64,000 nt of DNA from an uncultured Alphaproteobacteria bacterium (GTDB lineage Bacteria > Pseudomonadota > Alphaproteobacteria > UBA2966 > CAIVPW01): the NCBI GenBank assembly GCA_903907895.1, contig CAIVPW010000058.1, positions 2,393 to 66,392 on the forward strand, in the 5' to 3' direction. Made by a program: the position numbers and the translations under genes. The notes under the pieces were generated by a model. It worked only from the letters and a program-made list of their open reading frames with translations, was not told the origin of the DNA and did not search any database. Every line of letters begins with the position of its first letter. Position 1 is the first letter of the stretch. Shown here one piece after another: positions 35,803 through 45,583 of this stretch.

Positions 35803-38430
35803 ATGGCGCGCCGCGTCTTTCTGTTCGGCCAAAGCGCGCGGGATGGCACCACGTTGGCCGACGGCTCGGAAACGTCGCCGGAGGTGCTGGGGGGTAAGGG
35901 TGCGGGGCTGGCGATCATGAGCTGGCTTCAGCTTCCCGTGCCCCCGGGCCTTACGATCTCCACTGCAGCGAGCGCCGCTTACGCTTCTGGCAGCCGTGCG
36001 GTTGCGCCCGTGCTGCAGAAGGAGATTCTGCAGCATCTGGCGGCGGTCGAAGACGCGGCCGGCGCGCACTTCGGCGATGCTGTGAATCCCCTGCTGGTAT
36101 CCGTGCGTTCCGGCGCGCCGCGGTCGATGCCCGGCATGCTGGATACCGTGCTGAACGTGGGACTGAACGACGCGACGGTCGCCGGGCTCGTGCGTCGCAC
36201 GGGCAACGCGCGCTTTGCTTGGGATTCCTACCGGCGTTTCATCCTGTCGTACGCGGACCTCGTGCTGGGCCTCGACACCCAGCCGTTCGAGGATCGCGTG
36301 CGCACGGCGCCCGAGGTGCACGGTGCGCCCGATTGGCAACAAGTTACCGCCGAATACTTGCGCATCTTTGAGCGCGAGGCCGGAGTACCGTTTCCGCAGG
36401 ACGCGCATCAACAGCTGTGGGCGGCAATCTCGGCGGTGCTGGAATCGTGGGGAAGCCGGCGCGCGCTGACCTATCGGGCGCTGCATGGCGTCCCAGATCG
36501 GCCCGGCATTGCGGTCAGCATCCAGGCGATGGTTTTCGGCAATGCCGGCGAATTCTCCGGAACCGGTGTCGGCTTCTCGCGCAATCCAACCAGCGGCGCG
36601 CCCCAGCCATTCGGCGAGTACCTGGCGGACGCGCAAGGCGGCGACGTCGTGTCGGGCGTCGCCACCCCGCACCCGATTGCGGGGGACGGGGCAGGCTCAC
36701 TGCAGCAAGCGTTGCCCCAGGTCTACAATGCGCTTCTGGCGAGCTTCCGCACGCTTGAGCAGCACTTCGGCACGGTGCAGGACGTCGAGTTCACGGTGGA
36801 GCGCGGCAAGCTGTGGCTCCTGCAGACGCGTCCAGCCGTACTGAGCGCGGCCGCGTCCGTTCGCGTCGCGGTGGACATGGCGGGCGAGCAACTGATCTCG
36901 CGCGAAGATGCCCTGCTTCGCGCGGACGCACGACAGCTGACGGGCCTTCTGCACCCCGCCATCGTCGCCAATGTGCCGCGCACACTGCTCGCCAAGGGCC
37001 TGCCGGCATCACCGGGTGCCGCGACCGGGCCTGTCACGTTCAGCGCGGAAGAGGCCGAAGCGCGGGCCAAGCGTGGCCAGCATCCAGTGCTGGTGCTGAG
37101 CGATACGCAGCCGCGCGACATCCTTGGCCTGCATGCTGCGCAGGCGGTGCTGACGAGCCGGGGCGGGGCAACCAGCCATGCTGCCGTCATCGCGCGGGGC
37201 CTCGGGCGTCCGTGCGTTGTCGGAGCATCAGAATTGCGCGTGGATGCTGCCGGGCACCGCTTTGTCAGCCGCGGACGGGAGGTACGTGCCGGCGATGTCG
37301 TCACCATCGACGGCACGTCCGGCGAGGTGTTCCTGGGCAGCTTGCCGCTGGAGCAACCCGAAGTGGGCCCGCATCTCGCCACTCTGCTTGAGTGGGCAGA
37401 TGCAGTCCCCGGTATTGCGGTGCGGGTGAACACCGAGACCGCTGCCGACGTGGCGCGCGGTCGCTCGCTCGGCGCCCAGGGCGTCGGCCTGTTCCGCACC
37501 GAGTACACGTTCCTTGCCGAGCCCGCGCTGGCGCACATGCGGGCGCTCATCTTGTCGGATGGCGCCGACGCGCGCCGTGCCGCGCTGCAGGGGATGCTGG
37601 CGCTGCAGCGCGCGGCCTACACCGAGGTGCTGCGGCTGGCGAACGGCATGCCCTTGGCGTTGCGCCTGCTCGACCTGCCGCTATCATCGTTTCTGCCCCA
37701 ATCGGACGAAGACGTCGTCGAGTCGGCACGCGCGCTGCGCACGACGCCGGCGGAGATCCGGGCGCGTGGCCAGTCGTTGGCCGAATCAAACCCGGTGTTC
37801 GGGCATCGTGGTTGCCGCCTCGCGGTGTCCTGGCCCGATCTCTACGCCACCCAGGTGCGAGGCCTGTTCGAGGCCGCGATGGATGTGGGCACCGATGGGA
37901 AGGTGCAGATCCTTGTGCCGCTTGTGGCGATGGCAGCCGAGTTCAACCGCGTCGTCGCCGACATTGCGCGCGTCGCGGACGAGGTGAGGCGCCAACGCGG
38001 CTTTGCGCCCTCCTACCAGGCCGGCGCTATCATCGAGTTGCCGCGCGCGGCTCTGCAGGCCGGCGAACTCGCCCGGTCTGCCGAGGTCCTCAGCCTCGGG
38101 ACCAACAATCTCACCCAGGCGACGCTTGGCTTCGCGCGCGACGATGCGGCGGCGTTCCTCAGCCGCTATCGCGAGCGCGGCCTGCTGGCCGCAGATCCCT
38201 TTGTGAGCATCGATACCGAGGGGGTTGGCGAACTCGTAAAGACGGCGATCGCGCGTGCCCGCGCCACGCGGCCTGACATCGAGATCGGCGTTTGTGGCGA
38301 GCAGGCGGGCGATCCCGCCTCGATTGAGTTCTTCCAAAAGGCCGGTGTCGATTACGTCTCGGTGTCGCCGTACCGCCTGCCGATTGCGCGGCTGGCTACG
38401 GCCCAGGCGGCCCTTACCCAGAAGGGCTAG
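35803..38430 (+). CDS. ppdK: pyruvate, phosphate dikinase
   Basis: 875 aa. N-terminal ATP-grasp region (LGGKGAGLAIMS), central phospho-histidine domain (GGATSHAAVIARGLGRPCVVG) and C-terminal PEP-utilising TIM barrel. Confidence 0.95.
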   Translation: MARRVFLFGQSARDGTTLADGSETSPEVLGGKGAGLAIMSWLQLPVPPGLTISTAASAAYASGSRAVAPVLQKEILQHLAAVEDAAGAHFGDAVNPLLVSVRSGAPRSMPGMLDTVLNVGLNDATVAGLVRRTGNARFAWDSYRRFILSYADLVLGLDTQPFEDRVRTAPEVHGAPDWQQVTAEYLRIFEREAGVPFPQDAHQQLWAAISAVLESWGSRRALTYRALHGVPDRPGIAVSIQAMVFGNAGEFSGTGVGFSRNPTSGAPQPFGEYLADAQGGDVVSGVATPHPIAGDGAGSLQQALPQVYNALLASFRTLEQHFGTVQDVEFTVERGKLWLLQTRPAVLSAAASVRVAVDMAGEQLISREDALLRADARQLTGLLHPAIVANVPRTLLAKGLPASPGAATGPVTFSAEEAEARAKRGQHPVLVLSDTQPRDILGLHAAQAVLTSRGGATSHAAVIARGLGRPCVVGASELRVDAAGHRFVSRGREVRAGDVVTIDGTSGEVFLGSLPLEQPEVGPHLATLLEWADAVPGIAVRVNTETAADVARGRSLGAQGVGLFRTEYTFLAEPALAHMRALILSDGADARRAALQGMLALQRAAYTEVLRLANGMPLALRLLDLPLSSFLPQSDEDVVESARALRTTPAEIRARGQSLAESNPVFGHRGCRLAVSWPDLYATQVRGLFEAAMDVGTDGKVQILVPLVAMAAEFNRVVADIARVADEVRRQRGFAPSYQAGAIIELPRAALQAGELARSAEVLSLGTNNLTQATLGFARDDAAAFLSRYRERGLLAADPFVSIDTEGVGELVKTAIARARATRPDIEIGVCGEQAGDPASIEFFQKAGVDYVSVSPYRLPIARLATAQAALTQKG

Positions 38431-38510
38431 CCACATCTTGTGGGGTGGCCGGGTTATGCCGCAGAATATGGTAGTTCGGTACCCCGTTCTGCGTAGTAAC
38501 CCGTTCTTCG

Positions 38511-39248
38511 ATGGCCACCGCACCCAACGCCCGCACCCTTCGCCTCGGCGACGCCGAGGTCCCCTACGAACTGATCCGCAGTCCAAAGCGGCGCCGCACA
38601 ATTGCCTTTGCGGTCGAGGGCCGCGAGGGCCTGATTGTGCGTGCCCCGATGAAGGCGAGCTTCAAGTCGATCGAGGAAGTCGCTCAGCAGTTCAGCCACT
38701 GGATCATGCGGCGGCTGGCCGAGATCAAGGACGTGGCGCCACCCCGGCCGATGGAGTCCGGCGGGTGCATTCCTGTGCTGGGTGGCGAGGTGCGCCTGCG
38801 GGTTCTTACGGGCGCAGGTCGCAAGGCTGCCTGTGCCCGCCGCGACGACCTTTTGGAAATCCGTGTGCCGCCGCATGTGCCGAGCGACGATTACGCCAAG
38901 GCCATCCAGGACGCGGTGTTGGATTGGTATCGCGCATTGGCGCTCGAGGAGTTCCGGGCGCGCACTGTCGTTTGGGCCGAGCGATTGAAGGTCACGCCCG
39001 GCCGCATCCTCGTGTCGAGCCCCAAGGCGCGCTGGGGCAGCTGCGACGTGAACAACAACATTCGCCTGAACTGGCGTCTGGTGATGGCGCCGCCCGATCT
39101 CGTCGATTACGTGGTGGCGCACGAGCTGTGCCACGTCGTGCACAAGAACCACTCGCGCCGGTTTTGGAACAAGCTCGCCACCGTCATGCCGGATTGGCAG
39201 GAGCGGCGAAGCGAGTTGCGGCGCCGGGGGCCAGGCCTGTCCCTGTGA
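38511..39248 (+). CDS. M48 family metallopeptidase (YgjP/DUF45-like, HExxH)
   Basis: VVAHELCHVVHKNHSRRFW zinc-binding motif and the typical YgjP size of 245 aa. Confidence 0.8.
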   Translation: MATAPNARTLRLGDAEVPYELIRSPKRRRTIAFAVEGREGLIVRAPMKASFKSIEEVAQQFSHWIMRRLAEIKDVAPPRPMESGGCIPVLGGEVRLRVLTGAGRKAACARRDDLLEIRVPPHVPSDDYAKAIQDAVLDWYRALALEEFRARTVVWAERLKVTPGRILVSSPKARWGSCDVNNNIRLNWRLVMAPPDLVDYVVAHELCHVVHKNHSRRFWNKLATVMPDWQERRSELRRRGPGLSL

Positions 39249-39267
39249 CGGGAACCATGGACAGCGG

Positions 39268-39849
39268 CTACTTCAGCTGCTGGTAGCGGAAGCAGCCTGC
39301 GACGTGGTCGTTGACCATGCCGACGGCCTGCATGAAGGCGTAGCAGATGGTCGGGCCGCAGAACTTGAAGCCCTCCGCCTTCAGCGCCTTACTCATGGCG
39401 ACACTCTCCGCTGACTGCGGGGGAATTTCTTTCCACGTGCGCCAGCGGTTGTGCAGCGTGCGGCCATCGGTGAATTGCCACAGGAATTGATCGAGGGTCT
39501 GGCCGGATTCGACCAGCGCGAGGTACGCCTTGGCGCTTGCGACCGCGCCTTCGATCTTGGCGCGATTGCGCACGATGCCGGCGTCGGCCATCAAGCGCGC
39601 GACGTCCTTGGCGCCATACCGCGCGATGCGCTCCGGCTCGAATCCGTGGAAAGCGCTGCGGAAATTCTCGCGCTTGCGCAGGATGGTGATCCACGACAGG
39701 CCCGCCTGGAAGCCGTCGAGGATCAGCTTCTCGTACAGCGCGCGATCGTCGTGCTCGGGCACGCCCCATTCCTCGTCGTGGTAGGCGACGTAGAGCGGGT
39801 CTTCGCCCGGCCAGGTGCAGCGGGTCTGCTTATTGCTTACGGATGGCAT
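39268..39849 (-). CDS. tag: DNA-3-methyladenine glycosylase I
   Basis: Start at MPSVSNKQTRCTWPGEDPLYVAYHDEEWGVP... Tag motifs (CGPTICYAFMQAVGMVNDH, zinc-binding Cys/His). The ORF-track extension is discarded. Confidence 0.85.
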   Translation of the reverse strand: MPSVSNKQTRCTWPGEDPLYVAYHDEEWGVPEHDDRALYEKLILDGFQAGLSWITILRKRENFRSAFHGFEPERIARYGAKDVARLMADAGIVRNRAKIEGAVASAKAYLALVESGQTLDQFLWQFTDGRTLHNRWRTWKEIPPQSAESVAMSKALKAEGFKFCGPTICYAFMQAVGMVNDHVAGCFRYQQLK

Positions 39850-40777
39850 CGACCGTCGGTAGCGTGCGCGCCAACCACTCCGGAGGCTGCGGCACGATCG
39901 TGGCGTCGCCAGCGCGCAGCACGCCCTTGGCGGCGCGCGCTTCGTCCAGCGTGTCGAGGCGCAACAGGGCCATTCCGACATCGCCCTGCGAGGAACGCAT
40001 CTCACCCGCTTCGATGGTGCCGAACATCACCGGGGTACCTGACGCGGGTGTCGTTCCGGCGATGTGCACCGGCATCAGGCGTTTGCGTACCGTGCCGCGA
40101 TAGTGCGTGCGGGCGGTCAACTCCTGCCCGACGTAGCAGCCCTTGCCGTAGTCGATCGCGTGCAGCTCATCGAGCGCCGCCTCGAGCGGGAACGAACGCT
40201 CGACGGCAAGATCCCGACTTGAATCCGGCACGCCCTCCTGCAGGCGCAAAGCCTCGTAGGCACTCTCCTCGCCGAGGCGAAGTCCAAGCTCGGCCGCGAC
40301 GCCCGCTACGTGGCTGCGAGGCAGGATGAACCTTGCGCCGAGGCGAACGACACGCGGATCGGCAAACACAACGCCCCCGCCAAGCGCCTGCGCCGCACCT
40401 CCGGAGTTCCCCAACTGCAGATTTGCCGCGCCTACGATGGCGCCCACCGTGTAGCGATCGGACAGGTCGGCAAGCACCACATCGGCACGCAGCTTATACA
40501 GCGTCAGGCGCCGCAGAAGGTCGGCTGCTCGGTCGCGTTCCACGTCCAGCACCAGCGTGGTGCCGGCCTCCAGGTCGGCGTGCTCCGCCAGGAAGAAGTC
40601 GTGCAGGTATTTGCCCTGTGGCGTCAGCAGCAACGCGTACAGCGCCATGTCGGGCGCCAGCCGCCGCACGTCATTCGAGATCAAGTTCTGCAGGAAGGTG
40701 CGGGCTTCGCTCCCGCCGATGCCGAGCACGCCTCTGCGCTCCAGAGGAACGTAAAAAGGCCCCGTTTGGTTGATCAT
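39830..40777 (-). CDS. ygfZ: folate-binding YgfZ family protein (tRNA-modifying / Fe-S cluster repair, GcvT-like)
   Basis: 315 aa with an aminomethyltransferase-like fold and the conserved KGCYVGQELTART motif. Its 3' end overlaps the tag start by about 20 bp. Confidence 0.8.
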   Translation of the reverse strand: MINQTGPFYVPLERRGVLGIGGSEARTFLQNLISNDVRRLAPDMALYALLLTPQGKYLHDFFLAEHADLEAGTTLVLDVERDRAADLLRRLTLYKLRADVVLADLSDRYTVGAIVGAANLQLGNSGGAAQALGGGVVFADPRVVRLGARFILPRSHVAGVAAELGLRLGEESAYEALRLQEGVPDSSRDLAVERSFPLEAALDELHAIDYGKGCYVGQELTARTHYRGTVRKRLMPVHIAGTTPASGTPVMFGTIEAGEMRSSQGDVGMALLRLDTLDEARAAKGVLRAGDATIVPQPPEWLARTLPTVDAIRKQ

Positions 40778-40958
40778 TGGCTATGAAGTAAAGGCGGTCC
40801 CCCGCCTTGGCAAGCTCCGGCCCGGCCCTGGCCCACCGGGGCCCGCCTTGGAAGCCCCGGCCAATCGGCGTATAACCCGCGGTGGAGCGCCAGGGGCCGG
40901 GCCTCCGTGCACTAGTGGTTGGGGCGGGGGAGGTGCTGCGGCAGAGCGGGGCGCAGGC

Positions 40959-41945
40959 ATGAAGCTACTCTTCATTACGTCGAACCGTATTGGCGACGCG
41001 GTCCTTTCGACCGGCCTGCTGAACCACATCCTGTGCACGCACAAAGACGTCCGCTGCACGATCGCCTGCGGCCCCGCCGCGGCGCCGCTCTTCAGCGAAG
41101 TTCCAGGCCTTGATCGGATCATCGTGTTGCAGAAGCAGCGGCGCGCGAAACACTGGCGCGGACTGTGGCGCGAAGTGGTGCGCACGCGGTGGGACATGGT
41201 CGTCGACTTGCGCGCCTCCGCCATCGCGTACTTCCTGCTCACCCGCCGCCGCAAGGTCTTCCGGCCGTCGAACGAGCCGATGCATCAGGTGATGCAGCTG
41301 TCGCGCTTGTTCAACTTGCCCGACCCGGCTGCACCCGGATTGTGGTTCGGACAGAAGCAGGTGATGGCGGCCAAGCGCGCCATCCCCCCAGGCTCCCCGG
41401 TGCTGGCAATCGGTCCGACGGCAAATTGGCCTGGCAAGCAGTGGCCGGCAGGCAGCTTTGCGGAGCTGGTCAATCGACTGACAGCGCCCGGCGCGATCTT
41501 CGAGGACGCACGCATCGCGGTGTTTGGCGCTGAGAACGAGCGCCTCGCGGCGCGAACGCTGCTCGACCGCATTCCGAAAGACCGCCGGCTGGATCTCATT
41601 GGGCGCTTCGACATCTTGACGGCCGGTGCGGCGCTGCAGGAATGCGCGATGTACATCGGCAATGACTCCGGCCTGATGCACATCGCGGCGGCCACGTATA
41701 TGCCGACGCTCGGCCTGTTCGGTCCGAGTCGCGATGAAATTTACGCGCCGTGGGGCGAGCACTGTGCCGCGGTGCGGACAAAACTGTCGTTTGCAGAGCT
41801 TTCGGCATTGCCGGGCTACAACCCGGCGCACCGGCAGTCCTTGATGGGCTCTCTCGCCGTCGAGACGGTAGAAGCGGCCGCGATCGACCTTTGGCGCCGT
41901 TGCCATCCGGCCCCGGCAATCCAGGCCGTCGCGGGCCTGCACTAG
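40959..41945 (+). CDS. glycosyltransferase family 9 (LPS heptosyltransferase-like)
   Basis: Start at MKLLFITSNRIGDAVLSTGLL... and a C-terminal GNDSGLMHIAAA motif typical of heptosyltransferases. The 63-aa ORF-track extension is discarded. Confidence 0.75.
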   Translation: MKLLFITSNRIGDAVLSTGLLNHILCTHKDVRCTIACGPAAAPLFSEVPGLDRIIVLQKQRRAKHWRGLWREVVRTRWDMVVDLRASAIAYFLLTRRRKVFRPSNEPMHQVMQLSRLFNLPDPAAPGLWFGQKQVMAAKRAIPPGSPVLAIGPTANWPGKQWPAGSFAELVNRLTAPGAIFEDARIAVFGAENERLAARTLLDRIPKDRRLDLIGRFDILTAGAALQECAMYIGNDSGLMHIAAATYMPTLGLFGPSRDEIYAPWGEHCAAVRTKLSFAELSALPGYNPAHRQSLMGSLAVETVEAAAIDLWRRCHPAPAIQAVAGLH

Positions 41946-41948
41946 CCC

Positions 41949-42971
41949 TTGCGCGTCGTCCAAGTCATGGCCGGCGCCGCCGTCGGCGGCGCTGAAACGT
42001 ATTTTGTCGACATGGTCACGGCACTTGCTCGTGCGGGACTCGATCAGCGCGTCGTCATCCGCGCCGAGCCGCGGCGTGCAGCGCAGTTGCGGCAGGCCGG
42101 ACTCGATCCGCTTGAGTTGCCCTTTGGCGGATTGCTCGACTTCTCGACCAAGCGTGCGCTCCGCCGGCACATCACTTCCCTGCGCCCGGCCATCGTGCAG
42201 ACGTGGATGAGCCGCGCGACGGAATTCTGTTCGCGCGGCGGCTTCGTGCATGTAGGTTGGCTCGGCGGCTACTATAAGCCTGCGACGTTCCGCGGCTGTG
42301 ACCACTCGGTCGGCGTAACGACCGACATCGTGCGTCACCTGCGCGAAGGCGGCCTGCCGCAAGAACGAACACATTACATTCCGACCTTTGCCGTGCATCG
42401 CGATGCAGTGCCGGTGTCGCGCGCCAGCCTGCAGACGCCGGACGGCGTTCCGCTTCTGCTCGCGCTCGGGCGGTTGCATCCGAAGAAGGGGTTCGACGTC
42501 CTGCTGAAGGCGCTTGCTCAGGTGGAAGGCGTTTGGCTGTGGTTGGCGGGCGAAGGCGAGTTGCGGGGCCAACTCGAAGCGCTGGCAGCATCCGCGGGCG
42601 TCGCGGATCGCGTACGCTTTCTTGGCTGGCGCACCGACCGCGAAGCCTTGCTGGCGACCTGCGATGCGTGCGTCATGCCCTCGCGCTACGAGCCCTTCGG
42701 CACCGTCATGATCGAAGCGTGGGCGGCGACGAAGCCCCTGGTGGTGACGGCCGCGGCTGGCCCAAGGGGCCTTGTCCGCGACGGGGTCGATGCCCTGTTG
42801 GTGCCGATCGACGACGTGGACGCGCTGGCGGGCGCTATACGGCGCGTTACCGCTGACCGCGGCCTCGCCGGAACGCTTGCACAAAACGGACACGGCGCGT
42901 ACGTCGAGCGCTTCACCGAGCAGGCCGTCGTGCGCCAGTACCTGCGGTTCTACGAGGGCATTCTGCAATGA
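41949..42971 (+). CDS. glycosyltransferase family 4 (group 1)
   Basis: MRVVQVMAGAAVGGAETYFVD N-terminus and a C-terminal EPFGTVMIEAWAATKPLVVTAAAG / GVDALLVP pattern of GT4 retaining glycosyltransferases. Confidence 0.8.
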   Translation: MRVVQVMAGAAVGGAETYFVDMVTALARAGLDQRVVIRAEPRRAAQLRQAGLDPLELPFGGLLDFSTKRALRRHITSLRPAIVQTWMSRATEFCSRGGFVHVGWLGGYYKPATFRGCDHSVGVTTDIVRHLREGGLPQERTHYIPTFAVHRDAVPVSRASLQTPDGVPLLLALGRLHPKKGFDVLLKALAQVEGVWLWLAGEGELRGQLEALAASAGVADRVRFLGWRTDREALLATCDACVMPSRYEPFGTVMIEAWAATKPLVVTAAAGPRGLVRDGVDALLVPIDDVDALAGAIRRVTADRGLAGTLAQNGHGAYVERFTEQAVVRQYLRFYEGILQ

Positions 42972-44296
42972 CGGAACGGTTCGATCTTATTCTACGCGGC
43001 GGCGAATGTGTGCTTCCCGAAGGCCCCAAGCCGGCCGACATCGGTGTCGTGGGCGGCCGCATTGCGGCCATCGGGGCGCTGGGAAATGTGGCAGCGGATG
43101 AGACCTTCGACGCACGCGGGCTCACCATTCTGCCCGGCGCGATCGACACGCAGGTGCACTTCCGCGAACCGGGCAACACCCATAAGGAAGACCTGGATAC
43201 CGGCACGCGCGCAGCGATCCTCGGTGGCATCACGGCGGTGTTCGAAATGCCGAACACCGATCCGCCGACCACGACCGTCGCGGCACTGAACGACAAGCTC
43301 GCCCGCGCCAAGGGCCGGGCCTGGTGCGACCACGCCTTCTACGCCGGCGCCACCACCGACAACGCCGATCAGTTGGCGGAAATCGAGCGCGTGCCCGGCT
43401 GCTGCGGCGTGAAGGTCTTCATGGGATCTTCTACCGGCAGCCTGCTGGTGCCGGATGACGAGCATGTGCGCGACGTCCTGGCCAAGACCACGCGGCGCGC
43501 CGCATTCCATTCCGAAGACGAAGAACGCCTGCGCGAACGCAAGGAGATCGCCGAGAAATCCGGCGACGTGCACGACCATCCGGTGTGGCGTGATGCGCAG
43601 ACCGCACTGCGCTCAACCACCCGTCTTTTGAAGATCGCGCGGTCTCTGAACCGAAGAATTCACGTTCTGCACGTCACGACGGGCGAGGAAATCGCGTTGC
43701 TGGCGGCCAACAAGGACATCGCCAGCGTCGAGGTCACGCCGCAGCACCTGACGCTTTCGGCGCCCGATTGCTACGACCGTCTCGGCACGTTCGCGCAGAT
43801 GAATCCACCCATTCGCGACCGCAGCCACCAGGACCGCCTGTGGAAGGGCCTGCAAAGCGGTGTTGTCGATATCATCGGCTCCGATCACGCGCCGCACACG
43901 CGCGAAGAGAAGGCGAAGCGCTACCCCGCATCGCCGTCGGGCATGCCCGGCGTGCAGACGCTAATCCCCGTGATGTTGGACCACGTCAACGCCGGACGGC
44001 TGACGCTTTCGCGCCTCGTCGAGTTGACGGCGGTGACGCCGGCACGGCTGTTTGGTCTGGTGAACAAGGGTTCGTTGGCCGTCGGGCGCGACGCCGACCT
44101 GACGATTGTCGATCTGCGCGCCAAGCGCACGATCACCGACGCGTGGATCGCCAGCCGCTGCGGCTGGACGCCGTTCAGCGGCATGCAGGTGACGGGCTGG
44201 CCGAAGGCAACGGTGATCCGCGGCGCGTTCGTGATGCGGGAGGACCAGGTGCTTGGCCCGGCGGCGGGGCAGCCGCTGCGGTTCGCGGGAGTCTAG
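42968..44296 (+). CDS. pyrC: dihydroorotase (multifunctional-complex type, amidohydrolase superfamily)
   Basis: Metal-binding motifs (DTQVHFREPG, GSDHAPH), 442 aa. ATGA overlap with the preceding glycosyltransferase gene. Confidence 0.85.
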   Translation: MTERFDLILRGGECVLPEGPKPADIGVVGGRIAAIGALGNVAADETFDARGLTILPGAIDTQVHFREPGNTHKEDLDTGTRAAILGGITAVFEMPNTDPPTTTVAALNDKLARAKGRAWCDHAFYAGATTDNADQLAEIERVPGCCGVKVFMGSSTGSLLVPDDEHVRDVLAKTTRRAAFHSEDEERLRERKEIAEKSGDVHDHPVWRDAQTALRSTTRLLKIARSLNRRIHVLHVTTGEEIALLAANKDIASVEVTPQHLTLSAPDCYDRLGTFAQMNPPIRDRSHQDRLWKGLQSGVVDIIGSDHAPHTREEKAKRYPASPSGMPGVQTLIPVMLDHVNAGRLTLSRLVELTAVTPARLFGLVNKGSLAVGRDADLTIVDLRAKRTITDAWIASRCGWTPFSGMQVTGWPKATVIRGAFVMREDQVLGPAAGQPLRFAGV

Positions 44297-45066
44297 GTGC
44301 GGCCGTAGGCTATGTAGCCGGGGTTCTTGAATATCGGCTTGGCGTATCCGAGTTCGCCGCCCTCGCGCGTCAGGACTTTGCCGCCCGCTGCATTGAGGAT
44401 GGCGTGTCCCGCCGCGGTGTCCCACTCGTTGGTGGTGCCGAAGCGCGGATAGAGGTCGGCCTCGCCGGCGGCCACCAGGCAGAACTTCAACGAGCTGCCG
44501 GCAGAGGTGACGCTCCTTACCGGCAATGTCTTTAGGTACGCGTCCTCATCGGAGGAACTGTGCGAGCGGCTGGCGACGACCACGTATCCGTCGGCAGGCT
44601 TGTTGCGCGCGGCGATCTGCACCGGCTTGCCGTCCTTCTGGGTGAAGGCGCGGCCGGGGCCTTCGCTCCAGAACAGGCGATCGACGGCAGGCGCGTAAAC
44701 GACGCCGAGCGTGGGTCGGCCGTTCTCGATCAGGCCGACGTTCACGGTGAACTCGCCGTTGCGGCTGATGAACTCCTTGGTGCCGTCGAGGGGATCGACC
44801 AGCCAGAACGCGCCGCCGGAAACGTCGGGGATGTTGCCTTGCGCAACGCCTTCCTCGCCGACGACGGGCAGGCTCGGCGATAGCTTCGTCAGCGCTGCGG
44901 CAATCAGGCGCTCGGCGGCTTCGTCGGCCTCGGTCACCGGGGAGCGGTCCGCCTTGGTGCGCACCTCGAACGGGGTACGATAGACCGTCATGATCTGTTC
45001 GCCGGCGCGTAGCACGATATCGCGTACGGCAGCGGCCAACGCACTGTGAGACAACGTGCGGCTCAT
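44293..45066 (-). CDS. cysQ: 3'(2'),5'-bisphosphate nucleotidase
   Basis: Inositol monophosphatase-family motifs (WLVDPLDGTKEF, WDTAAGHAIL). Its 3' end overlaps the pyrC 3' end by 4 bp. Confidence 0.85.
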   Translation of the reverse strand: MSRTLSHSALAAAVRDIVLRAGEQIMTVYRTPFEVRTKADRSPVTEADEAAERLIAAALTKLSPSLPVVGEEGVAQGNIPDVSGGAFWLVDPLDGTKEFISRNGEFTVNVGLIENGRPTLGVVYAPAVDRLFWSEGPGRAFTQKDGKPVQIAARNKPADGYVVVASRSHSSSDEDAYLKTLPVRSVTSAGSSLKFCLVAAGEADLYPRFGTTNEWDTAAGHAILNAAGGKVLTREGGELGYAKPIFKNPGYIAYGRT

Positions 45067-45141
45067 GCGGAGCTATCCCGGTATCCGGACGGCGAAAGGG
45101 CGCGGAGTGGAACACTCCGGGCTGGTAGGGGTCAACGAGCT

Positions 45142-45537
45142 TTGAGCGGAACGCGAGTTATTCTCGTCATCGACGACGATCCGGGCATCCGCTTCGTCTT
45201 GCGCAAGGCGCTGGAGCGCGCGGGCTACGTTGTGCACGAGGCCGGCGATGGTCAGGTCGGCCTGCAGCGTTTCCGCGAACTGCAGCCCGATCTTGTCATC
45301 ACCGACATCATCATGCCCGAGCGGGAAGGGGTGGAGACCATCGTCGCGCTGCGGCGCGAGGTCCCCTCCATGCCCATCATTGCCATGTCGGGCGGTGGGG
45401 GAGGCGGGGCCGACTATCTCGCGATGGCCGAGAAGCTCGGTGCGGCGCGTACTCTCCACAAGCCGTTCTCCCTTGCCGAGGCCCTGGAGGCGGTGGACGA
45501 GGTGCTGGCCGAGCGGGAGGAAAGCCGGCTGCCTTGA
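45142..45537 (+). CDS. single-domain response regulator (CheY-like receiver)
   Basis: VILVIDDDPGIRFV...DLVITDIIMPEREG...IIAMSGG...LHKPF receiver signature with an unusual GGGGGG insertion. Start is uncertain (TTG 45142 preferred; the ORF-track ATG 45046 would overlap the divergent cysQ start). Confidence 0.6.
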   Translation: MSGTRVILVIDDDPGIRFVLRKALERAGYVVHEAGDGQVGLQRFRELQPDLVITDIIMPEREGVETIVALRREVPSMPIIAMSGGGGGGADYLAMAEKLGAARTLHKPFSLAEALEAVDEVLAEREESRLP

Positions 45538-45558
45538 CTCAGGTCCGCCGGAAGATTA

Positions 45559-45573
45559 GAACAAAACAAGAAC
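45559..45573. promoter_or_regulatory. putative LexA (SOS) box, alphaproteobacterial direct-repeat type GAAC-N7-GAAC
   Basis: GAACAAAACAAGAAC lies about 10-20 bp upstream of the imuA start and matches the GTTC-N7-GTTC consensus (read on the opposite strand). Confidence 0.6.
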
Positions 45574-45583
45574 ATCTATTCGA

